This document shows, one piece after another, positions 1 through 11,035 of a DNA stretch of 35,932 nucleotides. Location: assembly GCA_030167865.1 (NCBI GenBank), contig JALAGF010005167.1, positions 1 through 35,932 on the forward strand, given 5' to 3'. How positions within the stretch are numbered: the stretch's first letter is position 1; each line of letters opens with the position of its first letter. Position numbers and translations under genes: made by a program. Source of the DNA: Craspedostauros australis. Lineage: Eukaryota. The notes under the pieces are model-generated. The model saw nothing but the letters and a program-made list of their open reading frames with translations, was not told the origin of the DNA and made no database searches.

Positions 1-216
1 GCAGATCCACACACACTTCGAAAGTGGATCTGGCAAATGATTGCCTGCATTCAGCAATGCTACAAAGAAGTGGTAAGTGATTTTTTGTTGTGCTCGTTCT
101 GCCTTCCGCAATGTGCTCAATGCCTGTATTGAATTCAACATCTTCTCACCTTTCCTTCCAGATCAAATGGCGCAACCGCTTAAATTCGTCTAAACCTCGA
201 ACTTGCCATGTTACTG
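1..216 (+). mobile_element. Partial Harbinger/ISL2EU-like (DDE_Tnp_4) transposase, copy A, cut by the window start and an N gap
   Basis: Exon 1-72 (ADPHTLRKWIWQMIACIQQCYKEV), intron 73-161 (GTAAGT...TTCCAG, 89 nt), exon 162-216 (IKWRNRLNSSKPRTCHVT). Aligns to 719-935 at roughly 85% nt identity by eye. Confidence 0.8.
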
Positions 217-266
217 NNNNNNNNNNNNNNNNNNNNNNNNNNNNNNNNNNNNNNNNNNNNNNNNNN
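217..266. other. Assembly gap (50 N)
   Basis: Run of N. Confidence 1.
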
Positions 267-667
267 TGTTGGAATGCAATGGACATCCTGTCATGTTCTC
301 TGTGTGCGATGACGAGAGAAATTCGGAAACTCAAAAGAACATCGGAGAAACTCGAAGAGTGTCCGTCTTTTGGTGCAACACGTTTGGACTCGTTGCGACA
401 CCAACAAGACGAAAAATCACGTGGGACGACACCGGATCAACACGGTATACTACGGAGAGGATACAAAAAGGAAAACCAAAAGTCGGAAGTGATTACTGCG
501 GGAATTTACACGGGGGCCGCGATAGCACCGTAATAAAAATTGCAGGAAACAATCATACGATAAAATCTAATCATAAAACCCCAACTTGGACAACAATCAA
601 ACAACCTCACACACACACACACTCACTCACTGCAACAACAATCAACCAATAGCTCGACCTCTACAGG

Positions 668-1408
668 TTGCTGCACAAACTCTGGCATTCTGCCTTGGCT
701 AGGATCATAGGGTTTCTAACAGATCCACATACACTTTGGAAGTGGATCTGGCAAATGATCTCATCGATGCAACAATGCTACAAAGAAGTGGTAAGTGGCT
801 TTGTGCTGTGTTTCATTCTGCCTTCTGCAATGTACCCAATGCCTGCATTGAATCCAATATGTTCTCACACTTCTTTCCAGATCAAATGGCGAAACCGCTT
901 GAATTCTTCAAAACCTCGAACTTGTCATGTTGCTGTGGATGGCACTGACTTCCGCATCCGTGAGCCAACACTATTCAGCTCAAAGCGGTACAGCCACAAA
1001 TTCAAGACATCGGGGCTGAGGTATGAAGTTGCGATCTCAATCCAAACAGGTCACATTGTTTGGGCAGTCGGACCTTTTCCCTGTGGCAGGTGGTCGGATC
1101 AAAAGATATTCAATGCCTTCCTCGCGAAGCGACTGATGAAGGGAGAATGTGTTGAGGCCGATGGGGGGTATGGTGGGCCCCATGTGCTGAAGCCAACCAG
1201 CTATGTATCAAAGTCGAACCGACGAGCAAAGTCCAATGCTCGTGCGCGCCATGAAACAATCAATCGGCAATTCAAGAGATGGGCGATCTTGGGGAACACA
1301 TACAGGTCAGATAGAGAACGCCATAAGGAGGTGTTCAAAACAATTGCTTTCCTCACACAACTGTCCATCCAATCTGGAGGCTTCAGCCCATACCAAGTAA
1401 ACTTCTAG
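668..1408 (+). mobile_element. PIF/Harbinger/ISL2EU-like DDE transposase (DDE_Tnp_4-like), copy B, apparently 5'-truncated
   Basis: Catalytic-core motifs VDGTDFRI, YSHKF..GLRYEV, GPFPCG.WSD, ADGGY, RARHETIN..FK.W.IL. An in-frame 90-nt intron 791-880 (GTAAGT...TTCCAG) is read through in the ORF track. There is no ATG start, and the N-terminal FGV.P...IW/KHLLW segment is absent upstream. Confidence 0.85.
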
Positions 1409-2178
1409 AGTTTAGAGTGATTCATATCCTTCTTTTGAATGCCACATTCACTTCATTGTGTCATTCACATGCTGCAAACAACTCACAGATGCGGCACCGC
1501 TGACGTGGAGCCACACAGGTGGAGATGCAAGACCCAACTGCAGCAGATGCTTCTCCGTCATGGTCTCATCCTATTCTCGCGCAAGCTGGTCACGACGATG
1601 GTGATGGTGGTCTGCCGAGTGAGGTGTCAGCACGGAAATAGGAGTAGACAAAGTCTTGTCTGCGCAATGCCCAAAATGTGAAGGACTAAATCCTCACTTC
1701 GACAGTAAATGGTCGAGCGAATCAGAACTGTCAGATCGTGTTCGTGTCTTGCGAACATAGTATACGTTATTTAGCGTTAATATGACGTTTAATTAGTCGA
1801 TCCAGTCAGAGGAGCCTGTGACTGGATGAATCTTGTTTGTTGGGTCGAACACAAGCGCACAGCGCCAGCTTCCGCGCGCAGCGGAGGCAGCGACAATGGC
1901 GCAACAGCATGCGGGCGTTCGACTTTGGTGCTGGTTGTCGCGCGCTGCATTGGTTGACTCCGTGGAGTGTTGCTCTTGGGGATCGTCGCTTCGGTATTGG
2001 TGCTCTGCGACAGAGTATGGTATGTGCTTTGGAGGACTTCCATTGGCCTCGTTCGTTCCGCCCGTCTCCGGAATAGATCGTACTCGACGACTGCAATTGC
2101 TCTATTGACCAGAGTGGAGCGCTTCAGACTACTCCTGGTCTGCGTTGAGAGAAGTCCGAGCTGGAAGGACCAAAACGA

Positions 2179-2275
2179 TCAACAGCAATAGCAACGGCAA
2201 TAGCCACAAGAGCAACAAGAGCAACAACAGCAACAACAGCAACAACAGCAACAACAGCAACAAGAGCAACAACAG
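2179..2275 (+). repeat. AGCAACAAC-type 9-mer/(AAC,AGC) tandem repeat in the presumed 5' UTR of the kinase gene
   Basis: caacagcaatagcaacggcaatagccacaagagcaacaagagcaacaacagcaacaacagc... immediately upstream of the ATG at 2289. Confidence 0.85.
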
Positions 2276-2288
2276 ACAAACTAAAACA

Positions 2289-5200
2289 ATGGGCTGCGGT
2301 GGCTCCAAAGAAGATCCCAATGCCGCGGTGGCGGCCAACTTCTTCCCCAGCGAGGACAACAGCAAGCCTGAGGTCCCGGCCGCGGCCAGCAGCAGGAGCG
2401 CGTCAAGGTCGGAACCTGCGCCATCCACCAACTCGTCATTCGCAGGATCCGCCAACGCCCCCAACAGAGACAGGCCAAGATCCAAGATGAGCCACGTCCA
2501 GGCAGAGACATCGGCGCGCGCCATCGACATGTCGGACAAGAAGCAATCCTCGTCCGGATCCGCCATCATCCACCACGGAAGCGGCAGCGGCAGTCTGGGT
2601 GCCACGGAACCACCGTCGGTCTCACCGCCGCCGCCGATCCACCTCTCGTCTCCGCCCGAGACCATCAAATCTACCAACACCAACGGCTCCAAGAAGCAAC
2701 CCACCCGGCGCAACAACAGCCAGGGCTTCGTGGCGCCCGTGGCGTCGACCAGCTTCGCCCTGGCCGTCATGGAGTCGCACCAGCAGCAGGTCGGAACGCA
2801 GAGTCATCACTCCCAGCAGAGCAACGGCCGCAACAAAGACCCGCCTCCGCCATCCAACGACAACCAACAGGAGTACTATTCGCCGGTGCAACAGAACTAC
2901 GCGGAAGCGGCCCAAGAAAATCCGCAACAGCAGAGGCACTACTTTGATGATTCCAGGTACCGCACCGATCAACAACAACAACAACAACAGCAGCAACAAC
3001 AACCACAGCAACCGCGACAGCAACGACAGCAACAACCGCAGCAGCAGCAGAGCAGGATACCGGATCCTTACACATCGCATCAGTCACAGCGTCGACCACC
3101 CATCCAATTGGCCGACGATGATTTCTCGGTCGCGCCTTCGCTCGACGTCGAATGCCGCAGTATCACAAAGGTCGAATTTGGCGATGTTTACAAGCAAGGC
3201 AAGAAGGTACGTCTGTGTATCACATATGTTATTCGTGATGTGTGAAATTTCATGTGCTCTGTCATTGCAACTACTTGCTTCAGGATAGATCGTCCAAGTC
3301 CGCCTCGTCTCATGTTTTTTTTTCATTCTCTTCGAATCACATCAATCAAACAATCGCACAACCAAACCACGAACGTACATGCCAAACTCCATTGCACTTT
3401 ACCTGTACCAAACACAGTTGGGTTACGGCGCGTTCGCAGAAGTCTTCCTCGCCACGCACCGTCCCACAGGCAAAGAGTACGCCATCAAGAAGGTCGACCG
3501 ATCCAAGATGTTCTGGGGTGACCGCGACGCGCTCAAGGACGAGATCGCCAACCTCAAGAAGGTTCGTGAAGGACCCAACATCGTCCAGCTCTACGAAGTC
3601 TACGGCGAGCAGGATTACTGCTACCTCGTCATGGAATGCATGCTGGGTGGCGAGCTCTTTGATCGCATCATCGAAAAGAAGACCTTCTCGGAGGCTGAGG
3701 CCAGGGAATGCTCGCGCTGCATCCTCTCGGCCCTGCAGTACATGCATGAACGGCGCGTCGCGCATCGCGATTTGAAACCGGAGAACTTGTTATTGGCGGT
3801 ACGTTGATCGGGTTGGCAGAGAGTGATGTCATTGTGCCTGTGTACGCTTGTGGTGGGATGGGCTCTTATTTTGTGCTGATCTACTGCGACTGTATTCTCG
3901 TTCTCACCAATGTTTGCGAATTGCTTCGTTCTCATACTCTACTTGATGGTGTGTACATGCGTATGCATTCGTTCATTTACTACTGTCCCCGTTCCTGTCT
4001 ACTCTAACAATAACAGGCGCCCAAGGCATTGCTGCCGGTCAAGTTGGCTGATTTTGGCTTTGCCAAAGCAATAGGAGAGCGCAACGGTTGCCGCACCCTG
4101 TGCGGAACGCCTGGATACTTGGCACCGGAAATTCTCGAGCGCTTTCCTGCCTACGACGTGAAGTGCGACGTTTGGAGCGTGGGCGTCATCCTCTTCCTCC
4201 TCCTGGGCGGGTACCTCCCATTCGACGACGAGCAAGAAGACAAGGTCTTTGACAGGACGCGAAACGGACAGTACGACTTCCGCCCGAAGTTCTGGAAGAA
4301 CATCACTGCGGGCGCCAAGGACCTCGTGGCGCAATGCCTGACGATCAACCCCATGAAGCGATTATCGTGCACGCAAGCTCTGCAGCACGAATGGATGACC
4401 CGTTCCGAGACCAAGGAGCTGGAATCCAAGCAACTCAATGTGGACAAGCTCAAGAACCTCATCGAAGGCAAGCGCAAGATGAAGGCCGCAGTCACCACGG
4501 TACGTGCGATGGAGCAGGCGGTGACACTACAAGTATACTACTTGCGAAGAACAGCAACAGGACACAATGTCACCCCCAAAGTTGACATGCACTCTTTTGA
4601 CCATCAGGACGCTCCCTGTCAAAATACTTGTGTACCATATCGGTGAACCTTGTTCAGTCCACGCACCGTTCCCTCTTTCGCTGACTCACACCTTTCGACT
4701 CTGATTATCTTTCTCCACACATTCTGTCACCTAATTTCGCCTTTTGGTGTTGATGTTGGTATTGATGTTGGTGTTGTGCTGTTCCATCTCCATACCACGC
4801 ACAACGCATCCATAATCTGTCACTTTCTGACCGTGCGTGCTTCTATATTCCTTCGCAATCGTTCCGTTCTGTGATTGATTGGTCGACCGATCGGTTGGTC
4901 GACTATGAAATAAAAAATGCCGCGCAATACTCTGTACTCTGCCCCATATTCATTTGATTCTCACCCACACAGCTCATGGCGGCGAACCGTTTTCAGCAGC
5001 TCAACGACGACTTCAGCACGTACTTGGACAAGCGAAGGAAGGACTCGGTTGTTTCGCATTTCTCATACATGACCGGAGGCACCCGTGGCACTCTGGCGAC
5101 CATCCAATTCAAAGCCGACGGACCGTCCGGCAAACCGTTCACTAATTTCTACATCGTCGGAGAACTCGTTGGCGAAGGCGGCTTTTCGAAGGTCCACAGG

Positions 5201-7081
5201 TGCATACGAAAGAAGACCCGCGAGTCGTACGCCGTGAAGGAGATTGACAAGAAGCTCATGGACAGCAGATCCAAGGCAAGTCTGAAGGACGAGATCACGG
5301 CGCTGAAGAGGCTGAGGGGTGGACCGCACATCATCCGGCTGCTTGACATCTTCGATGAACCGCAGTCGCTCTTCCTGGTGCTCGAGGAAATGAAAGGCGG
5401 GCATCTCCTCTCGCGCATCGTCACCAAGGAGGTGTACACGGAGCGTGAGGCACGGCAGGTGTGCAAAATCCTGTTCTCAGCGCTTGACTACTGCCACAAG
5501 AAGCAGATCGCGCACCGTGATGTGAAGCCAGAGAATCTGCTGCTGGTGGAGGAGAATGATGACACGAGCGTGAAAATTGCAGACTTTGGATTCGCCAAGC
5601 GAGTCACTCACAAGAACTGCCTTTCCACGCTGTGCGGAACAGCCCAGTACGTTGCGCCGGAAATTCTGGATTCCAGAGTGGATGGATACGACCACAGGGT
5701 TGACATGTGGTCCGCTGGTGTCGTGGCGTATGTTCTGATCGGAGGATACTGTCCCTTCGACGGGCCGCTGGAGGATGTGGCCAAGAGCATCATCCGTGGA
5801 CGCTACGAATTCCACCAAGATGTGTGGGGCCCGATATCAAGCGGGGCGAGAGAAATGATCACCGGCCTCCTCACCGTCGATCCAAATCGTCGGTACACGG
5901 CGGAGGCGGCCCTGAACTGCGGGTGGATGGAGATCGAGGAGGAAACCCTCAGCTTGCGAGATCTGTCGACAACGCAGGAGATCATCCGCAAGCACCTCCC
6001 GGCGCTCGCCAAGGTCAAGATGGCCGCCAACGCAATCATGACGACGAACAAATGGATGTCGTTGGCTGGCATCGTGACGGGAAAGAAGAGGGGCGTCCAC
6101 GATGAAGAATCAGTCGCCGATGCCAACCGGGACTTCAGCAGCGAGTTCCGATGGGGCGAGCAGATTGGCGTCGGTACCTTCTCCGTGGTGCACGAGTCAA
6201 GGCGAAAGGGAGGCAGCGAGGTTTACGCCGTGAAGCGAATTTCCAGAAACGACCTGCACCCAAGCGACGCGGTTGCATTGCATGACGAGATTGCTGCCTT
6301 GAAGAGCGTGCGACAGTGCGATCAGATCGTCAGGCTGTACAAGGTGTTCGATGAGGATGACTACACGTTCCTGGTTCTGGAATACATGAAGGGCGGTGAC
6401 CTGATCGACCGCATCATCGAGAAACGACATTACACGGAGTTCGATGCTCGCGAGGTCAGTCGCAAGCTGCTTCTGGGCGTTGCGTACTGCCACGAACGCA
6501 GAATCGCCAATCGCAACCTGAAGCCAGAAACCTTGCTACTCCAGGCGGGCAGCGATACCGACGTGAAGATTTCAGACTTCGGCTACGCCAAGACGGTCCA
6601 CTTCCCCAACTCACTGCGCACGCAGTGCGGTACGGAGGGATACGTGGCACCAGAGATCATCGCCCATCGTCCAGCCTACGATGTGCCATGCGACATGTGG
6701 AGTGTCGGAGTGATCATCTATATCGTGCTGGGTGGTTACCGCCCCTTCCGAGGCGAAGGTGAGGAGGTGATGCGCATGATCCGTTACGGAGAGTACAAGT
6801 TCCACAAGAAGTACTGGAGTCACGTGTCGAGCGATGCCAAGAACCTGATCCGGTCCATGCTCACGGTCGATCCGGAACGCAGAATCACGGCAGAAGATGC
6901 CCTGAACAGCCAGTGGCTTCGGGCCGACACGTCCACTCTTGGTACGGAGCTGGCGCGCGACATGGATGACCTGAAGGTGCTGAAGGAAGCGAAGGCCAAA
7001 GTTAAGGGCGCCGTGAACACCATCATTGCATCCAACAAGCTCCAAAGCATCGGAGGTCTGAGAGCGTACCAGGACTTCTAA
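2289..7081 (+). CDS. Triple-kinase-domain Ca2+/calmodulin-dependent (CAMK group) Ser/Thr protein kinase, N-acylated, ~1296 aa
   Basis: Exons 2289-3206, 3418-3798, 4017-4499 and 4973-7081. Introns 3207-3417, 3799-4016 and 4500-4972 are all GTACGT...CAG and phase 0. Splicing restores YKQGKK|LGYGAF, ENLLLA|APKALLPVKLADFG and KAAVTT|LMAANRF. Kinase domains lie at ~3189-4397, ~5150-5929 and ~6146-6919, each with a Gly loop, AxK, DFG and APE. Starts MGCGGSK. Confidence 0.92.
2970..3050 (+). repeat. CAA/CAG repeat encoding a poly-Q/Q-rich tract in the kinase N-terminal region
   Basis: caacaacaacaacaacaacagcagcaacaacaa... translates to QQQQQQQQQQQPQQPRQQRQQQPQQQQ. Confidence 0.9.
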
Positions 7082-10000
7082 ACGGTTCTGCGTCGGTGAG
7101 AATCGGATGGACTCGTCATCAAGCCACGCGCAATGGTGAAGCTGTGGATGTTGCGGATCGCTCGATGGGAGCCAATGATGTGAGAAAAACGCAGACGGAC
7201 GGATGAGCGAACGAACGAACGCAGACGAACAAATGAATGGACAACCAAAGGCAGCAGCCAGAGACATGAAGACGAAGGCAGAGCATTAGCGAGGTCATGA
7301 TGGAAAGGAAAGAAGGAAGGGAGGAAGGTACAAGGAAGCAACAAGGAAGGGTGTGTTGGGCGGAGGCGAAGGTATACGTTTCGTACAGGATGTAAAACTG
7401 GTGATACTCTTAAGATGTCTTTTCCACAATTCAATTTTTTGGATACCGTTGGTGCTCATTCGACTCGTTGTCTGTCTGGAACACTGTGTCCAAAAAAGTG
7501 GGAGAACACGAACACTGACAGACCTTCTCTATTGTCTGCCTGTCTGCCAATATGTATGTCTGTCTGTATTCATAGATGCCTGCATGGATGGATGTCTGTA
7601 TGCATGTATGTCCATGCAACAGAACTTCACCATTGTTCTTGACAACAGCCAGAAACGTCCAACATGACAAACAACAAACGATTGACAGTGTCGCAGATGT
7701 CATCTGATTGCACTGACGACAGGTCCATTCTGCTTGCGCAAGCGAGGAAGTCCACAATCATGAACTGCCTGTTCCATCGCTCAATGAGTACAATAGAGTA
7801 GAAGCATCCCGATGTCATCTGTGGGTGCTCTCGCACAGGTTCACCATCAATTTGGGAAGCGCCTACTTGGTGGAGCGGAGAACTCATAGTCGTACATGCT
7901 TGGCCACTTTGTGTGGAGTAGTCCATTAGTGCATTCGATGCGGTCATTGTACACTTTAAAACGAAGCGCGCCCCAGAAGATAGATTCGGTTTCTGCGTTT
8001 GGCGTTCAGCTATTTGGCGGAATGCTCCAATCAACAATTCATGAGTGCTATTCGCTCAATGCGGAATGGAGTCGGCGGACCATCGCCAATGGACCATGGC
8101 AGCGGTAGTTTCGAAGAGGCGAACAGTCGGTGATTGTTTTGCTCGTTGGTTATCTTTCCCTCTGGACGGAGATGGTGGATACATGGATGGGTAGCGCACC
8201 GAAGTGTACGGACTGCTCTGAGTGGAGCACTCCATCCGAGTTGTCGGCAAGGTGGGTTCTCACCTTCTCCCGCAATGGATGGAGTGCGCGATCTCGTTCT
8301 TTTGTTACCATAGATCGTACATTTCGTGTTCATCGACACAAGCGCAAAAGGAAGGGAGCACATCTGGCGTCTTTCACTATTCTACGACTGCGAGTGCACA
8401 TGATGTCGAGGTTGGTGCGTCATAACCAACCGCACGGCTGCGCTACGCATACCCGCATCATCTACGACCCCAGCCACGATCGCTATCTCTTCGGCTACCA
8501 CTACCCCTGCGTTGGCTACGATCACGTACAGGCACTTGTCCATCAGCCCTCACGATCAACCCTGCACTCCCTACTCTACCCCAGAGAGTACACTACCTCA
8601 CCCCATCCAAGACAAAACTTGGGACGATTTCGACGCTGTTCTCCAATCTACTACACGCGCGAGATCGAGGCTTGATTGTTCCCCGAAGCAGGACGAGACT
8701 GGGTCAGCCCACTACACTGGCGTGTGCCTGTGGATTGCGGAGAATAATCTTTGCTATCCTCCTCGTACGATCTATGAGAACGGAGGCAGATTCCACACCA
8801 GGATGGAGATCTGTTCGTCTTGACGGACAAGGCACGCACATCCACGGAATCATCAAAAGACTCTCCGGATTGGTGCGCGGCTTGCGAAACTGCGCATGAA
8901 CACCGGCCTTCCCTCTGTTGCGGAAGTATCACAAAACCATGCGTGCAGACATCCGTGAATGCCGAAAGCCTCATCCTCCCGCGATAGGTGCAAATCTCAA
9001 CACCAACCAATCGAAAGCGGACTGGTACGAGTACTTGTAGTGCACCGCAGTTGTATCATCACGTCGGTATGTGCGCGATGGCATGAATCATTTTGCCCAC
9101 AGCCATCATCAATGTGTGCTTGACGTGCTTCTACCAGCTCCATCCCAGGTACGTGTCGAGGGCGATTCTGCCTCTCGCACTCTCGCTCGTACCTGTGAGC
9201 TCCGCTGCGACCTGGGTTCCGCCATGGTCACAATTCAAGTCCATCGACTTGCGAGAATCTTGTGCTGCTCCGAGCATTTTAGTGCCTCTCTCTCTCTGGG
9301 GTCTTTGGCTCGTCATCCGCCATGAAGCAAATTACGCTCCATGACAATCGCGCGCGGGCATTGGCGCGCCAAACGCATTTCCATGTGCCGGTACTCGATC
9401 AGACCTTCAAACCATTGTTCTGCCAGCGTTTGTGCATACCGACAAGCGCTTCCACCCCGCCAACCACCACTGACGGCCACAACAGCAGTTTCTCCAACAG
9501 GACCAACGGAGAGAGCAGTGTCTTTCGATGTTTGCCAATGTTTCCACGAATCCAAAGAATGCCCGAGCCTAGGTAGTGGGAATTCCCTCTCTTGGACCAC
9601 TTTTTCGCACAACTCGCATGCTGCTCACCCTCTTGGTAAGGTGAGCCTCCGACCGCGACAAGGCGAAGCATTGCGCTTCGCATTCTGCGTCGAACTCGTC
9701 CTGTGTCGTACGACCCATGAGGTACATCAGAACGTGGTTGTTTGGGGATGGCGGAAGGATATCTCACACGCATAAACTTAGCTAAGCCTTCGGCGAATCT
9801 GTGAATGGTGAGCGAAATGTCATCAGACAAGACGCGCACGCTGGGTTTGTCCTGTGGGTGGTTGTTCTTGTCTCCAACTGCCTTCACAAACAGAGGTTTC
9901 GTTTTTCGCAGAAGTTGTTGCGTTCGATGTTTGCACAACTGTCTCCGTCGGGTACACGGCAGTTGGCACTTATGAACCCCCCAAGCGCGTGGACCACACC

Positions 10001-11035
10001 GCAGCAAAGACAAACGCACCACTCCACCTCCTCGCGAAATCTCTCCCCAGAAATCGCAGGTAGAGAGATGCGATCGTAGGCACATCACGACACGCTGCAT
10101 TACCACTTCTTATGCTGTTGCGATATGGTCTGTTCTTTAGCGTCTTCCTTGCACCACGATCTGCGTGCAAATCCGCGGCTGTCTTCGATCCACGAACAAG
10201 AATGAAGGGATTGGTGTTGCCGCGTCGTTTTTTGTCGCGGAAGGCAACACCACCAGCTCGACACAAGATCTATGCCAATGACGAGACGAGAGAAAACAGA
10301 AAAAGGATGATGAAAACACGCAACCAAGTAAAAGTAGGGAGTAAGCGTGGTTGACGCTAGAGCATGGGAAAGCACCCGGTGTGTTGGCAGTGAACTGGGG
10401 AGGTCCATTCACTCTTGGCAATACACGAATCCCCGCATCTCATGTCGGCCTTTGGTCAGCTCGTCATCACGTTTCTTGCTTTCGGAAAGCAGAAGCTTGG
10501 GGATGGGGGGAATCGCCGTGGGCTCACCATTTGGCGCTCTTCAGCTTCCCCATGTTCCCCACGAAGGTGGCCCAGAGAAGGGCACAAAGAGCAGTAGCGC
10601 TACCTGAATGCAATGGAAAGCTCGCCATCTGCACACGCAGCTGCGCAAATGATGGCACAGAGCGAGTAGAGCACAGAAGCAGAACTCATTGTGATGGCAT
10701 GGTGTACTCGTAGCATCGTATTGAAGGTACGGTGATTGACGGAGTAGACCACTGAGGAAAGAAACTGCTCGGCTGCATTCGCCATCACGAATCAATTTGA
10801 ATCAGCATGGACAACAGAGAGGCACAGCGTAGAGTCGAGCAGAGCCGAGTAGAGCAGGGCACGATGCGACGAGAATCTCGCAGGATGAGAAACATTGAGC
10901 TTGCTCTCCGAATCCTATCGTATTACATCCAGTTGCCGAGTGGCAGAGATTTGCGCGAAGTAGTATGGGGACCTCCAGGAATAGCACCGTCAACCTGAAG
11001 GACGGAGTCTTTGAGAGTAGAATATGCCAGTACAA

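Noticed and set aside
1681-1810. Possible transposon terminal inverted repeat at the AT-rich boundary after the transposase
   Set aside because: No matching inverted partner was found within the window.
2145-2288. N-terminal extension of the kinase ORF (poly-N/S)
   Set aside because: It starts at a non-ATG codon and is simple-repeat sequence. ATG 2289 gives a canonical MGCxxSK acylation motif, which must be N-terminal to function.
4882-4903. Short inverted repeat GTCGACC-N8-GGTCGAC in kinase intron 3
   Set aside because: The stem is only 7 bp and sits among tetranucleotide-like simple sequence, so it is expected by chance.
4976-7081. 701-aa ORF as a standalone two-kinase gene
   Set aside because: A CAG acceptor at 4972 joins it in frame to exon 3 and completes a regulatory helix (KAAVTT|LMAANRF) that matches those after K2 and K3. 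It is best read as the last exon.
7190-7620. GAAC/GGAA/TGTC/GGAT short repeats after the kinase stop, considered as an array or ncRNA
   Set aside because: Degenerate microsatellite-like 3' UTR sequence with no repeat-spacer periodicity, so it is not CRISPR-like.
9399-10106. 235-aa minus-strand ORF (and similar ORFs at 15889-16896, 22146-22901, 22818-23339 and 31483-32040)
   Set aside because: No recognisable motifs, C/R/S-rich random-like composition, and mostly non-ATG starts.
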